Positions 45,552-55,245 of a DNA stretch of 64,000 nucleotides are shown one piece after another. Below the pieces are notes generated by a model. The model worked only from the letters and a program-made list of their open reading frames with translations. It was not told where the DNA came from and did not search any database. Positions within the stretch are counted from its first letter, which is position 1. Every line of letters starts with the position of its first letter. The DNA comes from an uncultured Acidobacteriota bacterium (GTDB lineage: Bacteria; Acidobacteriota; Terriglobia; UBA7540): contig CAWDSK010000005.1 in the NCBI GenBank assembly GCA_963804995.1, positions 256,001 through 320,000 of the forward strand. Direction: 5' to 3'. The position numbers and the translations under genes are program-made.

Positions 45552-45633
45552 GAGTCAAGAAGCGGCGGCGATCAGCCGCCAGAATTTAACCTATTGCTCG
45601 TACGGGACGCTGTGCGAGTGAGGGCGGCGGTGG

Positions 45634-46374
45634 GTGCACACGCTGCCGCTGCCCAAAGTGACCAGGCAACAAATACAATTTCTTCTCCGGGTCGCACCCC
45701 CGGCCCTCCAAAGCGAGCGCGAGTACGAAATCCCGGCCTGCATCACCCTGGCGCAAGCGATTCTGGAAAGCGCCACACCCAGGTTCGGCTGGGGAAGTTC
45801 CCGCCTGTTCCGCCTGGCGAATAATCCGTTCGGGATCAAGTACAGCCACAGGCCGGGGGTCGAAAGTCAAAAGTTGAAAGTTGAAAGTGCGCTTGAAAGT
45901 TCGAATTTGAAAGTTCAAAGCCAGGGCGCGGTTGTCAGCGCGGTTTCAACTTTAAACTCTCAACCTTTAACCTCTTCCCTCAACTCTCAACTTTCAACTT
46001 CCGCCCCCGAAGACTACGGCCACTTCGATGTGGCGACCTGGGAATTCATCAACGGGCAAAAGAAAGAAGTTTTTGCACAGTTTCAGCGCTTCCCCGACCT
46101 GACCGAGGCCTTCAAGGCGCACGCGCGGTTGCTTCTTTCGCCGCACTACCGGCCGGCGTACGAGGTGCGTCACGACTGGAAACAGTTTGCGGAGCGGCTG
46201 GGTCCTAAAAAGTCGCAGCAGGACACCGACCATTGTGGGTATTCCACAAACCCCAGCTACTCCGCCTTGCTTATTAATTTGGTTAATACCTATCGTCTGG
46301 ACGACCCCCGCGCACAAGAGTGGCTGTCAACCGGAAAGGATCCCGGTCCGGTGCTGGAGCAACTGTTGGCGTGA
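45634..46374 (+). CDS. GH73 glucosaminidase/FlgJ-like peptidoglycan hydrolase (endolysin), with an in-frame repeat insert
   Basis: ITLAQAILES..GWG.S.L...NNPFGIK, TWEF, F.RF, GYSTNPSY; low-complexity insert at ~45856-46008. Confidence 0.85.
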   Translation: MHTLPLPKVTRQQIQFLLRVAPPALQSEREYEIPACITLAQAILESATPRFGWGSSRLFRLANNPFGIKYSHRPGVESQKLKVESALESSNLKVQSQGAVVSAVSTLNSQPLTSSLNSQLSTSAPEDYGHFDVATWEFINGQKKEVFAQFQRFPDLTEAFKAHARLLLSPHYRPAYEVRHDWKQFAERLGPKKSQQDTDHCGYSTNPSYSALLINLVNTYRLDDPRAQEWLSTGKDPGPVLEQLLA

Positions 46375-46537
46375 TTAGACATAGCTATCAGCTATCAGCT
46401 TTCAGCTCTCAGCTAGGGCGTTGGCCCGAAGGGTGAACCCTGATACCTGAAAGGCGAAGGTTGAACGTTGATAGGTGAAAGCTGATGACTGAAAGCTGAT
46501 AGCTGAAAGCTGACGACTGAAAGCTGATGGAGGTCTT

Positions 46538-47089
46538 ATGAAGTTTCGCAATCTTATTCTTGCAACGGTTTTAGGTATGGTCACTCTCAGCCTGGCCTGC
46601 ACGCCTCCTTCCTGGGCCGTGGAGGCGGAGAACATCGCCAAAGTGGCGCTCCCCATCGTCGAAGGCATTGCCACGATTGTGGGCGCGGGGCCGGCCGTTA
46701 CCCAGGTTGCAAATGACATCAATCTGCTTATCACCTTGTTTGATAGATACCAGTCCACACCAAGCGCCGGCGCGCTGCAGCAGATTCAGGCGGGCCTTGC
46801 CACCGCGAACGCGGATATCCAGCAGATTCTAGCCGCGACGCACATCCAGAATACGGCTACGCAGAACAAAGTGACCGCGATTCTCCAGCTTGTCTTGAGC
46901 GAGTTTTCGAGTATTGCAAGTCTGGTGCCAGAGGCAGTAGGCAGTGGGCAAAAGGCAGTAGGCAGCAAGCCGGCCCCGGAACTTCCGTTCACCGCCTCGC
47001 AGTTCAAGGCCCAGTACAACCGCATCGTGAAGGCGAAGACCGGCGATGCGGAATGCGACAGAGTGTTTGCAGGCAAGGAACTGAAGTAA
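46538..47089 (+). CDS. Lipoprotein in the lysis cassette (possibly spanin-like)
   Basis: GGAGG RBS; MKFRNLILATVLGMVTLSLAC lipobox; helical body. Confidence 0.65.
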   Translation: MKFRNLILATVLGMVTLSLACTPPSWAVEAENIAKVALPIVEGIATIVGAGPAVTQVANDINLLITLFDRYQSTPSAGALQQIQAGLATANADIQQILAATHIQNTATQNKVTAILQLVLSEFSSIASLVPEAVGSGQKAVGSKPAPELPFTASQFKAQYNRIVKAKTGDAECDRVFAGKELK

Positions 47090-47194
47090 TCGGCTCATCT
47101 TTTCATCGGCTCATCGGGCCATCTAAGAACAAAGCCCGTGAGCGGCCGATGAACCGATGAACCGATGGGTCGATGAACCGATAAGAGACTAACT

Positions 47195-48379
47195 ATGGCA
47201 GCCAACCACTCCACAATGCGACTCGGCAAGCGTCCCCGGCGCGACGACCCGCGCACGCTGAAACTGGCAAGGTATCTCCTGCCGGGCGCCTGGGCGGCGG
47301 CGATCGCTCCTCCCTCGAGCTGTGATTACACCCGCGGCATCAAGGGTTGGGGAATGATGCTCAACGACAAGCTCGGCTGCTGCACGATTGCCGCCGTCGG
47401 CCATGCCGTACAGATTTGGACCGCCAATGCCAGCAAGGAAATTACCGTTCCGGACTCTACCATCCTTAGTTATTACGAACGATGGGATGGCTACAATCCC
47501 CAGGATGCATCGACCGACCGGGGTGGCGTTGAGCTCGACGTGCTGAACGATTGGCGGCAGCAGGGATTTAGTGGGCATTCTCTTGATGCCTATGTTTCTG
47601 TCGGGTTAGGGAACAGGGAACAGGGAACAGGAAACAAAGGCCAGGGAACAGGGAATAGGGAACAGGGAACAGGAAACAAAGGCCAGGGAATAGGGAATAG
47701 GGAACAGGGAACAGGAAACAAAGGCCAGGGAACAGGGAATAGGGAACAGGGAACAGGAAACAAAGGCCAGGGAATAGGGAATAGGGAACAGGGAACAGGA
47801 AACAAAGGCCAGGGAACAGGGAATAGGGAACAGGGAACAGGAAACAAAGGCCAGGGAATAGGGAACAAAGGCCAGGGAATAGGGAACAGGGAACAGGGAA
47901 TAGAGGCGGAAGTACAGAACCCAACCCCCAGCACCCAGGGCCCCGTCCCTAGCCCCCAGCCCCCAACCGCCAACTCCGATATTGCTTTGGCCATCTGGCT
48001 TTTTGGCGGGGCTTACATCGGCGTGCAATTGCCCATCACGGCCCAGAACCAGAATGTCTGGGACGTGCCGCAAAATCCCGGACCGAATGACGAGCCCGGC
48101 TCGTGGGGCGGGCACGCGATCTATCTGGTGGGGTATGACACACGGGATACGGGTAGTGTTTTTCCTAACCCCCAGTCCCCAGCCCCCAGCACCCAGTCCC
48201 CAACTTTCACTTGCATCACCTGGGGCAAATTGAAACGCCTGACCTGGGCCTGGCTGGAGAAGTATTGCGACGAAGCCTATGCACTGGTTTCGAAGGATTG
48301 GATCAAGGCGAACGGAATCGCGCCTTCGGGATTCGATTTCGCCACGCTGGAAGCGGACCTGAAGTTAGTCACTGCGTAG
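47195..48379 (+). CDS. Papain-like (C1-type) cysteine peptidase with an internal tandem-repeat expansion
   Basis: MMLNDKLGCCTIAA (catalytic Cys region), WGGHAIYLVGYD (His), CITWG; 14-aa repeat x6. Confidence 0.75.
   Translation: MAANHSTMRLGKRPRRDDPRTLKLARYLLPGAWAAAIAPPSSCDYTRGIKGWGMMLNDKLGCCTIAAVGHAVQIWTANASKEITVPDSTILSYYERWDGYNPQDASTDRGGVELDVLNDWRQQGFSGHSLDAYVSVGLGNREQGTGNKGQGTGNREQGTGNKGQGIGNREQGTGNKGQGTGNREQGTGNKGQGIGNREQGTGNKGQGTGNREQGTGNKGQGIGNKGQGIGNREQGIEAEVQNPTPSTQGPVPSPQPPTANSDIALAIWLFGGAYIGVQLPITAQNQNVWDVPQNPGPNDEPGSWGGHAIYLVGYDTRDTGSVFPNPQSPAPSTQSPTFTCITWGKLKRLTWAWLEKYCDEAYALVSKDWIKANGIAPSGFDFATLEADLKLVTA
47608..47901 (+). repeat. Heptamer-based VNTR (GGGAACA/GGGAATA/GGAAACA/AAGGCCA) with a 42-bp higher-order unit
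   Basis: Encodes (GNREQGTGNKGQG[T/I])x6 plus partial copies. Confidence 0.95.
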
Positions 48380-48486
48380 GAGCTTCACCACCAAGGCACA
48401 AAGGCACCAAGAAATGCCTTGGGTTTCTAACTCATTCAGCTTGGTGTCTTGGTGCCTTGGTGGTTTGACTTTTTCTCGGAGAATTT

Positions 48487-48834
48487 ATGGACCCGCAATC
48501 ATTGCAAGTACAAGCCCTGATCACTTTTCTAACTCCGCTCTTGATTCAGCTCGCCAAGCGCAGCCGGTCACGGGCGCTGGCTTGGATCGATCAGAGCAAA
48601 CCGAATATTTGTATTTTGACCAGCGCTGTGACGGCCCTTTTGACCTGTACGGAGATTGAGGTCATTCACGCTCCTCACAGCCTGACGATTACCTGGCCGG
48701 ACGAGGCCACGCTGGTGCGGGGGATTCTGACTTTCCTGGTGGCGGCGGCAGTGCAATTTGGCGGCCAGCATGTCTTTTACGATTCCTTCTGGCGGCATGT
48801 GGTGCCGACGGAGAAGTTAGAAGCGAGGAGCTAG
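48487..48834 (+). CDS. Putative holin (small multi-TM protein)
   Basis: 115 aa, 2-3 hydrophobic segments, GGAG RBS, lies after the lysins. Confidence 0.55.
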   Translation: MDPQSLQVQALITFLTPLLIQLAKRSRSRALAWIDQSKPNICILTSAVTALLTCTEIEVIHAPHSLTITWPDEATLVRGILTFLVAAAVQFGGQHVFYDSFWRHVVPTEKLEARS

Positions 48835-49070
48835 GAGTTAGAAACGAGAAGTGAGAAGTCAGGAGTGTGTAGTGAGGAGTTAGAAGTTAGAAGTGAGGAG
48901 TTAGGAGTGAGGAGTCAGGAGTGAGTAGTTTTGAGCGAGGAGTGAGGAGTGAGAAGTAAGGAGTAAGCAGTGAGAAGCGAGAGGCGAGAATGAAAGTGTC
49001 TTCTAACTCCTAGCTCCTAACTTCTAACTCCTAGCTTCTCGCTCCTAACTCCTAGCCTTTGGAAACTTCC

Positions 49071-49424
49071 ATGATTTCTGCAGCGGAAATTCAAGCGATG
49101 TTGATCGGCGCCGGGGGGTTTGTGGGCACCAGCGTGGCGGGAATAGGAGCCTTTCGATTTTTCTCCCGCGCCTCGCATGGGGTCCTCACGATTCCCTCCA
49201 GCCTGGAGAGGGGCGCCGAGGCGCTGGAGCGATCGGTAAAAGTCGCCGAGACGCACAACGCCCTCAGCACGACGGTCATGGAGCTGAAGGGCATGCTGAC
49301 CGCGACGCGCGAGGATATCCAGAAAGTGATGCTAGAACGCCAGGAGATCGGCCGTGAACTTCGAATCATGTCACGAAAGATTGAGGGTTTTTCCTGCTAT
49401 GCCGAAGACCAAGAGCAAAGTTGA
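49071..49424 (+). CDS. TM + coiled-coil protein (Mu gp25-like position)
   Basis: N-terminal hydrophobic segment then coiled coil; overlaps the next gene. Confidence 0.55.
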   Translation: MISAAEIQAMLIGAGGFVGTSVAGIGAFRFFSRASHGVLTIPSSLERGAEALERSVKVAETHNALSTTVMELKGMLTATREDIQKVMLERQEIGRELRIMSRKIEGFSCYAEDQEQS

Positions 49425-49704
49425 ATTCGAACTCAACCGCACTGAGATTCTCCGCTACCTGAATGAATGCGGCTTTCAGCCCGTGACCCCGCGGAGCATC
49501 TTGATTTACTTGGACGATAGCCTCCGCCCCGTTTCCGACCAGGCCGTGGAGTTTCAATTGCGCTACATGCGCGATCGGAACTGGGTGGAGCTGGGCAGTG
49601 AGAAACGTATCGGCCGCCCGGAAGTCATCCGTTGGGCGCGCATCACCGCCGACGGCGTCGATGAATATGACCGGCGGGCCGCGGCGCTGGGAGAGGTCAG
49701 ATGA
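49399..49704 (+). CDS. Mu gp26-like winged-helix protein
   Basis: RTEILRYL...VEFQLRYMRDRNWVEL...ARITADGVD pattern, positioned before the TerS-like genes. Confidence 0.65.
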   Translation: MPKTKSKVEFELNRTEILRYLNECGFQPVTPRSILIYLDDSLRPVSDQAVEFQLRYMRDRNWVELGSEKRIGRPEVIRWARITADGVDEYDRRAAALGEVR

Positions 49705-49823
49705 TCGGCTCATCGGTTCATCTTTCCATCGGCTCATCGAATCATTAGCTCTTAGATGACCCGATGACCCGATGGCCCGATGACCCGATAGTCCGATGAC
49801 CCGATTCGGAAAGATTTCAAATT

Positions 49824-50108
49824 ATGACCAGACCGACCCATATCGAAGCACTTGACCGGCGCCTTCCGGGTCTTGCGGACGCGGTGAAAGCCTGGTTCAA
49901 CCAGGGTGTACCCGTGCGCCAGGTCGTGGAGCTGATCCGCCGGCAGTATCACATCGCGGTGCCTCGGTCGACGCTCGGCAACTTTCGGGCCCGGCGCTGG
50001 GCGCGCGATCGCGAGCTTAGGCTGGAGAAGGAACCCGAGGCCAGGGCCACTGCCGATGGGGCCGATGAGTCTATCCGGCAGGCCGCGGCGCCCGAAGCGA
50101 TTCGATGA
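49824..50108 (+). CDS. Small-terminase-like (DUF3486 / Mu gp27 N-domain) HTH protein, paralog 1
   Basis: IEALDRRLPGLADAVKAWF...VVELIRRQY...PRSTLGNFRARRW. Confidence 0.55.
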   Translation: MTRPTHIEALDRRLPGLADAVKAWFNQGVPVRQVVELIRRQYHIAVPRSTLGNFRARRWARDRELRLEKEPEARATADGADESIRQAAAPEAIR

Positions 50109-50185
50109 GTAAGTGATTTAGCCATGGCGTGATGGAGCAATTGTAAAGCCCCAAATCACTCATTGCCAGGAACCGATTAAGGGAG

Positions 50186-50458
50186 TTGAAACTCGTGGGA
50201 CGAAAAGGGGTCACCAAGCTGCATTCGCTTGACGCTCGACACCCCGGGTTGTGCCAGAAGGTGGATGCGATGTTTGCGGCTTTCGCGAGCATCGATGCTG
50301 TCGCGGCAATGATCCGGGCCGAATTTGGCGAGCCCATCGGCCACGCCACCGTTTGGGAGTACAAGAGGCAAATCTGGAGCGTGCGGCGCAGGAGGGATCA
50401 GGCGGCCAGAGCGGCCCTGACCGCCTATGAGGAATTGGCAAGCGAGGGGAGAAACTAA
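50186..50458 (+). CDS. Small-terminase-like HTH protein, paralog 2
   Basis: KLHSLDARHPGLCQKVDAMF...VAAMIRAEF.E.IG.ATVWEYKRQIW aligns by eye with its neighbours. Confidence 0.55.
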   Translation: MKLVGRKGVTKLHSLDARHPGLCQKVDAMFAAFASIDAVAAMIRAEFGEPIGHATVWEYKRQIWSVRRRRDQAARAALTAYEELASEGRN

Positions 50459-51049
50459 GTGCCCAAAGATCAGGCATGCAAACTGCAAATCCTGAGCGTC
50501 AAACACCCGGGCCTCCTGCAGGTTGTGGACACGATGTTCGAGAAGTTTGCGACTGTCGCGCAAGTCCAGCGGATGATCGAGCAAAAGTATCACGAAGACG
50601 TCGGCACGACCGCCGTCAGGAGCTACAAGCAAAAACATTGGCAGGTTCACAAGGATCAGATCTGCGAGCTGAAAACGGCCATGAAAGCCGTCTCGGAGCT
50701 GGTCGGCGAAGACGGCCTAACTGCCGGTGTGAACGCCTTGCTCTGGGAAGGCCTGCAGGAGATGACGGTGCCGCAATTGATGGCCTTTAAGAAAGTCTTG
50801 AACGACGGCGAGAAGGTCAGGCTGATGAAAAAGCACTTCGCCCTCTACGCTCAGGAGCACCGCCAGAAGATGCGGGAACGCACCAGCATGCAAGCGGGCA
50901 AGGGGAACATCGAGGTCGTCGAGGATTTCGACGCGGCCCGGCGAATGGTGGAACAAGCAAAGGAAATTTTCGGGATCGGGACAACGGTCATCGTCCCGCC
51001 CGTGCCGAAGCTGGAGGCGGTCGCCGCCGCCGGCGACGTGAACGCGTAA
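50459..51049 (+). CDS. Putative terminase small subunit (DUF3486-like), paralog 3, full length
   Basis: KLQILSVKHPGLLQVVDTMF...VQRMIEQKY.E.VGTTAVRSYKQKHW, helical C-terminus ending KEIFGI, last gene before TerL. Confidence 0.6.
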   Translation: MPKDQACKLQILSVKHPGLLQVVDTMFEKFATVAQVQRMIEQKYHEDVGTTAVRSYKQKHWQVHKDQICELKTAMKAVSELVGEDGLTAGVNALLWEGLQEMTVPQLMAFKKVLNDGEKVRLMKKHFALYAQEHRQKMRERTSMQAGKGNIEVVEDFDAARRMVEQAKEIFGIGTTVIVPPVPKLEAVAAAGDVNA

Positions 51050-51127
51050 GAAATTCGGAATGATGAATACGAAATGATAAAGGCGAATCCTGAGAAATGC
51101 GCACTTCATCACGACCGTCAGGTCGGT

Positions 51128-51335
51128 TCCCCGCAGGGGATAAATTTAATAGCCGGGGGCAACGCCCCCGGTGGGCGGAAATCCTCATCTTTGCTGACCC
51201 TGAAGGGGTCACATTGGAATCGAGGGGCAGGGAACGAACTCGACACGGATTATCGACCCCTTCAGGGTCGGCTCGTGGCTCGTTGCGTTTCCGGGGGCGT
51301 TGCCCCCGGCTATTATCTTGCGCCCTTGCAGGGCT
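51128..51335. repeat. REPIN-like long inverted repeat between terS and terL
   Basis: TAGCCGGGGGCAACGCCCCCGG...GACCCTGAAGGGGTC / GACCCCTTCAGGGTC...CCGGGGGCGTTGCCCCCGGCTA. Confidence 0.8.
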
Positions 51336-51504
51336 CAGGAACGAGCACGGACCTCTTTTCTAGGTCCGCGGCCCTTCGGCAGGGTCGATAAGAAAAGCCG
51401 CAGACCCTGAAAGACAAGCGCTACGCCGATGGAGCGTCCCGATTTATCGGGACGGCGGCGGTCGCAGACCGCCGCTACAGACGAAAGAGCAAGGCAAAAG
51501 GTAA

Positions 51505-53100
51505 ATGGCAAAACGGAAAGGTTCCAATTCGCCGATCACCCGATCTCCGATTTCGGGAGTCCGATGGACTCCCTCGGAGTCCGCAGATCGGACACCCGAT
51601 CTCCGATTTCAGGAGTCCGATGGGCTCCCTCGGAGTCCGCAGATCGGACACCCGATCACCGGATCGCCCGACGCGGTGCCTGAGACCCCAATGGACCGGC
51701 TTCGGACTCTGGCGAAGAAATCGATCCCCGTTCTCCCTTACCAGGACCGCTGGATTATGGACGACTCGCAATTGAAGATCGCGGTTTGGAGCCGGCAGAG
51801 CGGCAAGAGTTTTGCCGCCGCGCTGCGGGCCGTGCTCAAGTGCCTGGGCTCCCGCACCCAATACATCATTCTCTCCAAGGGCGAGCGCCAGTCGCGGCTG
51901 TTTATGGAAAAGGTCAAAGACTTCTGCGTGTTCTTCAAGAGACTGAAGGCATTGCCGGCCTTTGCTGAGTTGGACTCGGACGAGAAAACCATGGAGGTCT
52001 ATTTCCCGCACAACCGCTCGCGCATCATCGGCCTGCCGGCCAATCCGGACACGGCGCGCGGCTACAGCGGAAACATCGTGCTCGACGAGTTTGCCTTCCA
52101 CGGCGACGCCCGCAAAATCTATGCTGCCTGCTTTCCTATTATCACGCGCGGGTATTCGATTGAAGTTATTTCCACGCCTAATGGCACGGCGGGGAAGTTT
52201 TATGAGATTGCGAAGGCGGCCGGATTGACGGGCGGGCAGTGGGCAGGTGGGCAGGTAGGCAGTTGAGATATTTCCCATCTGCCCATCTCCCCATCTGCCC
52301 ATCTGCCTAATCTTTGGTCCGGCCACCGAGTGGACATCCACGAAGCGGTCGCGCAGGGCCTGCCCGCCAACATCAATCTGCTCCGTTCCGGCTGCGACGA
52401 CGAAGAGACCTGGCTCCAGGAATACTGCTGCCAATTCCTTTCCGACGCCGCGAACTACATTCCGATTGAGCTGATTCTGACCTGCGTGCATGAAGCGGCC
52501 ACGACGGACCTGAGCGCGGTGGACCTGGCGGGGCTCGAGGGCAAGGAACTTTACCTGGGGATCGATATCGGGCGGAAGCGCGACCTCACCATCGCCTGGC
52601 TCTTTGAAAGGCGCGACGGGGTGCTGTGGTCGCGGGTCCTCCTGGCTCTGAAGGACATGACCTTTGACGCGCAGGAAAAACTCCTCTTCAGCCTTATGGA
52701 TTTGGGAGTGCGGCGCGCGGGGATTGACGCTTCCGGCCTCGGCATGATGCTGGCGGAACACGCCGTCGAAAAGTACGGCGCAGTGGTGGAGCCCACCACT
52801 TTCACCATGCAATTGAAGGAACGCCTGGCGCCGATGGTGAAACAGGCTTTCGAGGATCGCACCGTGCGGATTCCGGATTCGCGGGAGGTGCGCGCCGACA
52901 TCAACTCCGTCAAGCGCTTCGTAACGCCCTCCGGAAACGTGCGCTTTGATGCTGAGCATACCGACCGGGGACACGCCGACCGCTTCTGGGCGCTGGCGCA
53001 GGTCATCAGCACCGCCACCCAGCCGGTGGCGCACTTTGAAGAAGCCGCCTCCCTGGTGGGCGCGCCGGTGACGGCGGGAATAATGGATGCGATCTTGTAG
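51505..53100 (+). CDS. terL: Terminase large subunit (Mu gp28-like), split by an in-frame TGA at 52264-52266 inside a hairpin insert
   Basis: LPYQ..W, WSRQSGKS (Walker A), LPANPDTARG, VLDEFAF (Walker B), ISTPNG; same frame continues with QEYCCQF, LGIDIGRKRD, IDASGLG, HADRFWALA. Confidence 0.9.
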
Positions 53101-53306
53101 CGCCGCCGTCCCGGCGGCACAGGCCACAGGCCGGCAAGATGCCGGCGTTACGGTGGGCGCTCCGGTGACGGCGGGGCTGATGGAGCAGATTTTGTAATCG
53201 GGCCATTCACGGATCGGGTCATCGGATCATCGGGCCATCTGACAACAACGATGAACCGATCAATCGAGGGTTTGATGAACCGATGGACCGATGGAAAGAT
53301 GAACCG

Positions 53307-55080
53307 ATGATTAAGGCTCACAGCTCGGGAAACGGTCACCAGATGAAGCATTTAATCCGCGAGGGCAAATCGGTCTCCAAAGCGCTGCAGGCGCAAATCG
53401 ATACGGCCGTAGCGCTGGCGGATAAGGAACTGGGCATTGGGCAGATAGGCAGTAGGCAGATGGAAATGTTATCCACTGCCCAACTGCCTGCGGTTGGCCG
53501 TCAACCGCTTCTCACCCCCGCTCCGCTGACTACCACGGGCGGTTTGCCGGTCGCGTCCACGCGGGCCATTCCACCTCCGCCTCCGCCGGAGCCCATCTCC
53601 GTGGCGGATTACACGGAACGAATCCGGCAGGGCTGGGTTCCGGTCATGGGCGTCCCCGGCACTCCCATCACGGCGGGCTTCCTGCGCGAACTGGGTGAAT
53701 ACAATCCCAAGCTCGAAGGGCTGAACGGAATCTGGACTTATCAGGAAATGCGGCGCGGCGACGGCCAGGTGGCCGGTACCTTGCGCGCGTGCAAGATGCC
53801 GATTCTTTCCGCGCAGTGGCAGGTGAAGCCGCCCCCCGATCAGGAATTGCGCAAAGGCCAGACGGCGGAGAAGGCCAAAGAGGTCGCCCACTTTGTTCGC
53901 GAGAATTTCTTCGGCGGCCTGGAATGGCAGACCCACACGGGAAGCTGGGTGACGCAGAACTGGAAAGACGTGGTGCGTTTCGCGCTGCGCATGCAGGACT
54001 TTGGCGCGGCGTGTTACGAAGAAGTGATGGCCGTGGACGGCGATCAGATCCGCGTGCGCCGCTTGTGCGACCGCCAAGCGCTGACGTTTTACCGCTGGCA
54101 CACGGACCCGCATTCCGTCGATCCCACTCTGCCGCCTTTTATCTACGACGATGGCGAAACGCTTTACGGGCTCGAACAGTGGGGCTACCGCGGCAATCGC
54201 TTCGAGTATGTGATGCTGCCCACCGACAAGGCCTGCATCTTTACGCATGACCAGGAGGGGGCGAATTTCTGGGGTATCCCGCTGACCCGCGCCATGTACC
54301 CGCACTGGTACATGAAGAAACATCTGGAGCGGATCGACGCCATCGCCTGCGAACGTAACTCGCTGGGCGTGCCGATGATCCTGCTGCCGCCTAATCCCTC
54401 GAAGCAAGACGTTCTCGACCGCCCAGAATTGGGTGACCCAATTGGCCGCGCATGAAAAGACCGGGCTCGCACTGCCCAACGGCGCGGAGTTCAAGTTGGT
54501 CGGCATCGAGGGACGGATTCGCGAGATATTACCTTCGCTCGAATATCACAAACAGCAAATCGCCACTTCCTGCCTGGCCATGTTCATGGAACTCGGCCAG
54601 ACACGGACGGGCTCACGCTCCCTGGGCGAATCGCAAACCGACTTCTTCCTGCTGGCCACGCAGAATACTGCGGACCATATTGCGCACCAGATCCGCAACT
54701 CAACGATTCGCCGATTGACCCAGTGGAATTTCGGACCGGACGCGCCCGTGCCCTACCTCATTCCCGCCAACGTGCAGGCCCGGTCGATCGAGACCATGTC
54801 GGGCATCATTGCCCAGCTTGCCCAGGCCGGCGCGTGGATCTCCGATCGCTCCAGCGTGAATCAGGTGCGGCACGAGCTCGGGTTTGCGGACTTCACGGAT
54901 GATGACGTTGTCTCCATCCGCGGCGAGACCATTGCCACAGCCGGGGGTGAGATCAGCGGCAAGGGCGGAGAGGCGATCAGCATCGGCTCCCCGAATGGCC
55001 GTGCCTTTGAGCCAGCGAAGAAACAGAACGAGGGTGAATACGGCGAGGGGGCGGGCGGCGCGGACGATGACGAAGCGTAA
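53307..55080 (+). CDS. Portal protein (DUF935 / Mu gp29-like), apparent 1-nt insertion at ~54414
   Basis: YQEMRRGDGQV, FGAACYE, NFWGIPLTR, ERNSLGVP; removing one base gives DVSTAQNWVTQLAAHEK...GSRSLGESQ, continuing to 55080. Confidence 0.8.
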
Positions 55081-55245
55081 GGGTGGGCGTCAGGAGCGGG
55101 AAAACAGCAGTCAGGAGACACGCAACCGGCTGTGCCTGCTGAGGGCAAAGACGAAAAGCAAGGCAGGTGAAGTGATCAGCAAGACCCAGCGGTCCGCCGA
55201 ATGTTGGATGGAGGCGGAGGGCTGGCAGCTTGAAATGGAGAGGCT

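Noticed and set aside
47608..47901. Repeat as a CRISPR array or collagen-like domain
   Set aside because: No unique spacers; periodicity is 7/42 nt at DNA level, not Gly-X-Y
52264..52266. TGA as selenocysteine
   Set aside because: It lies in a low-complexity insert rather than at a Cys position, and the downstream sequence pairs with upstream repeats instead of forming a SECIS-like stem
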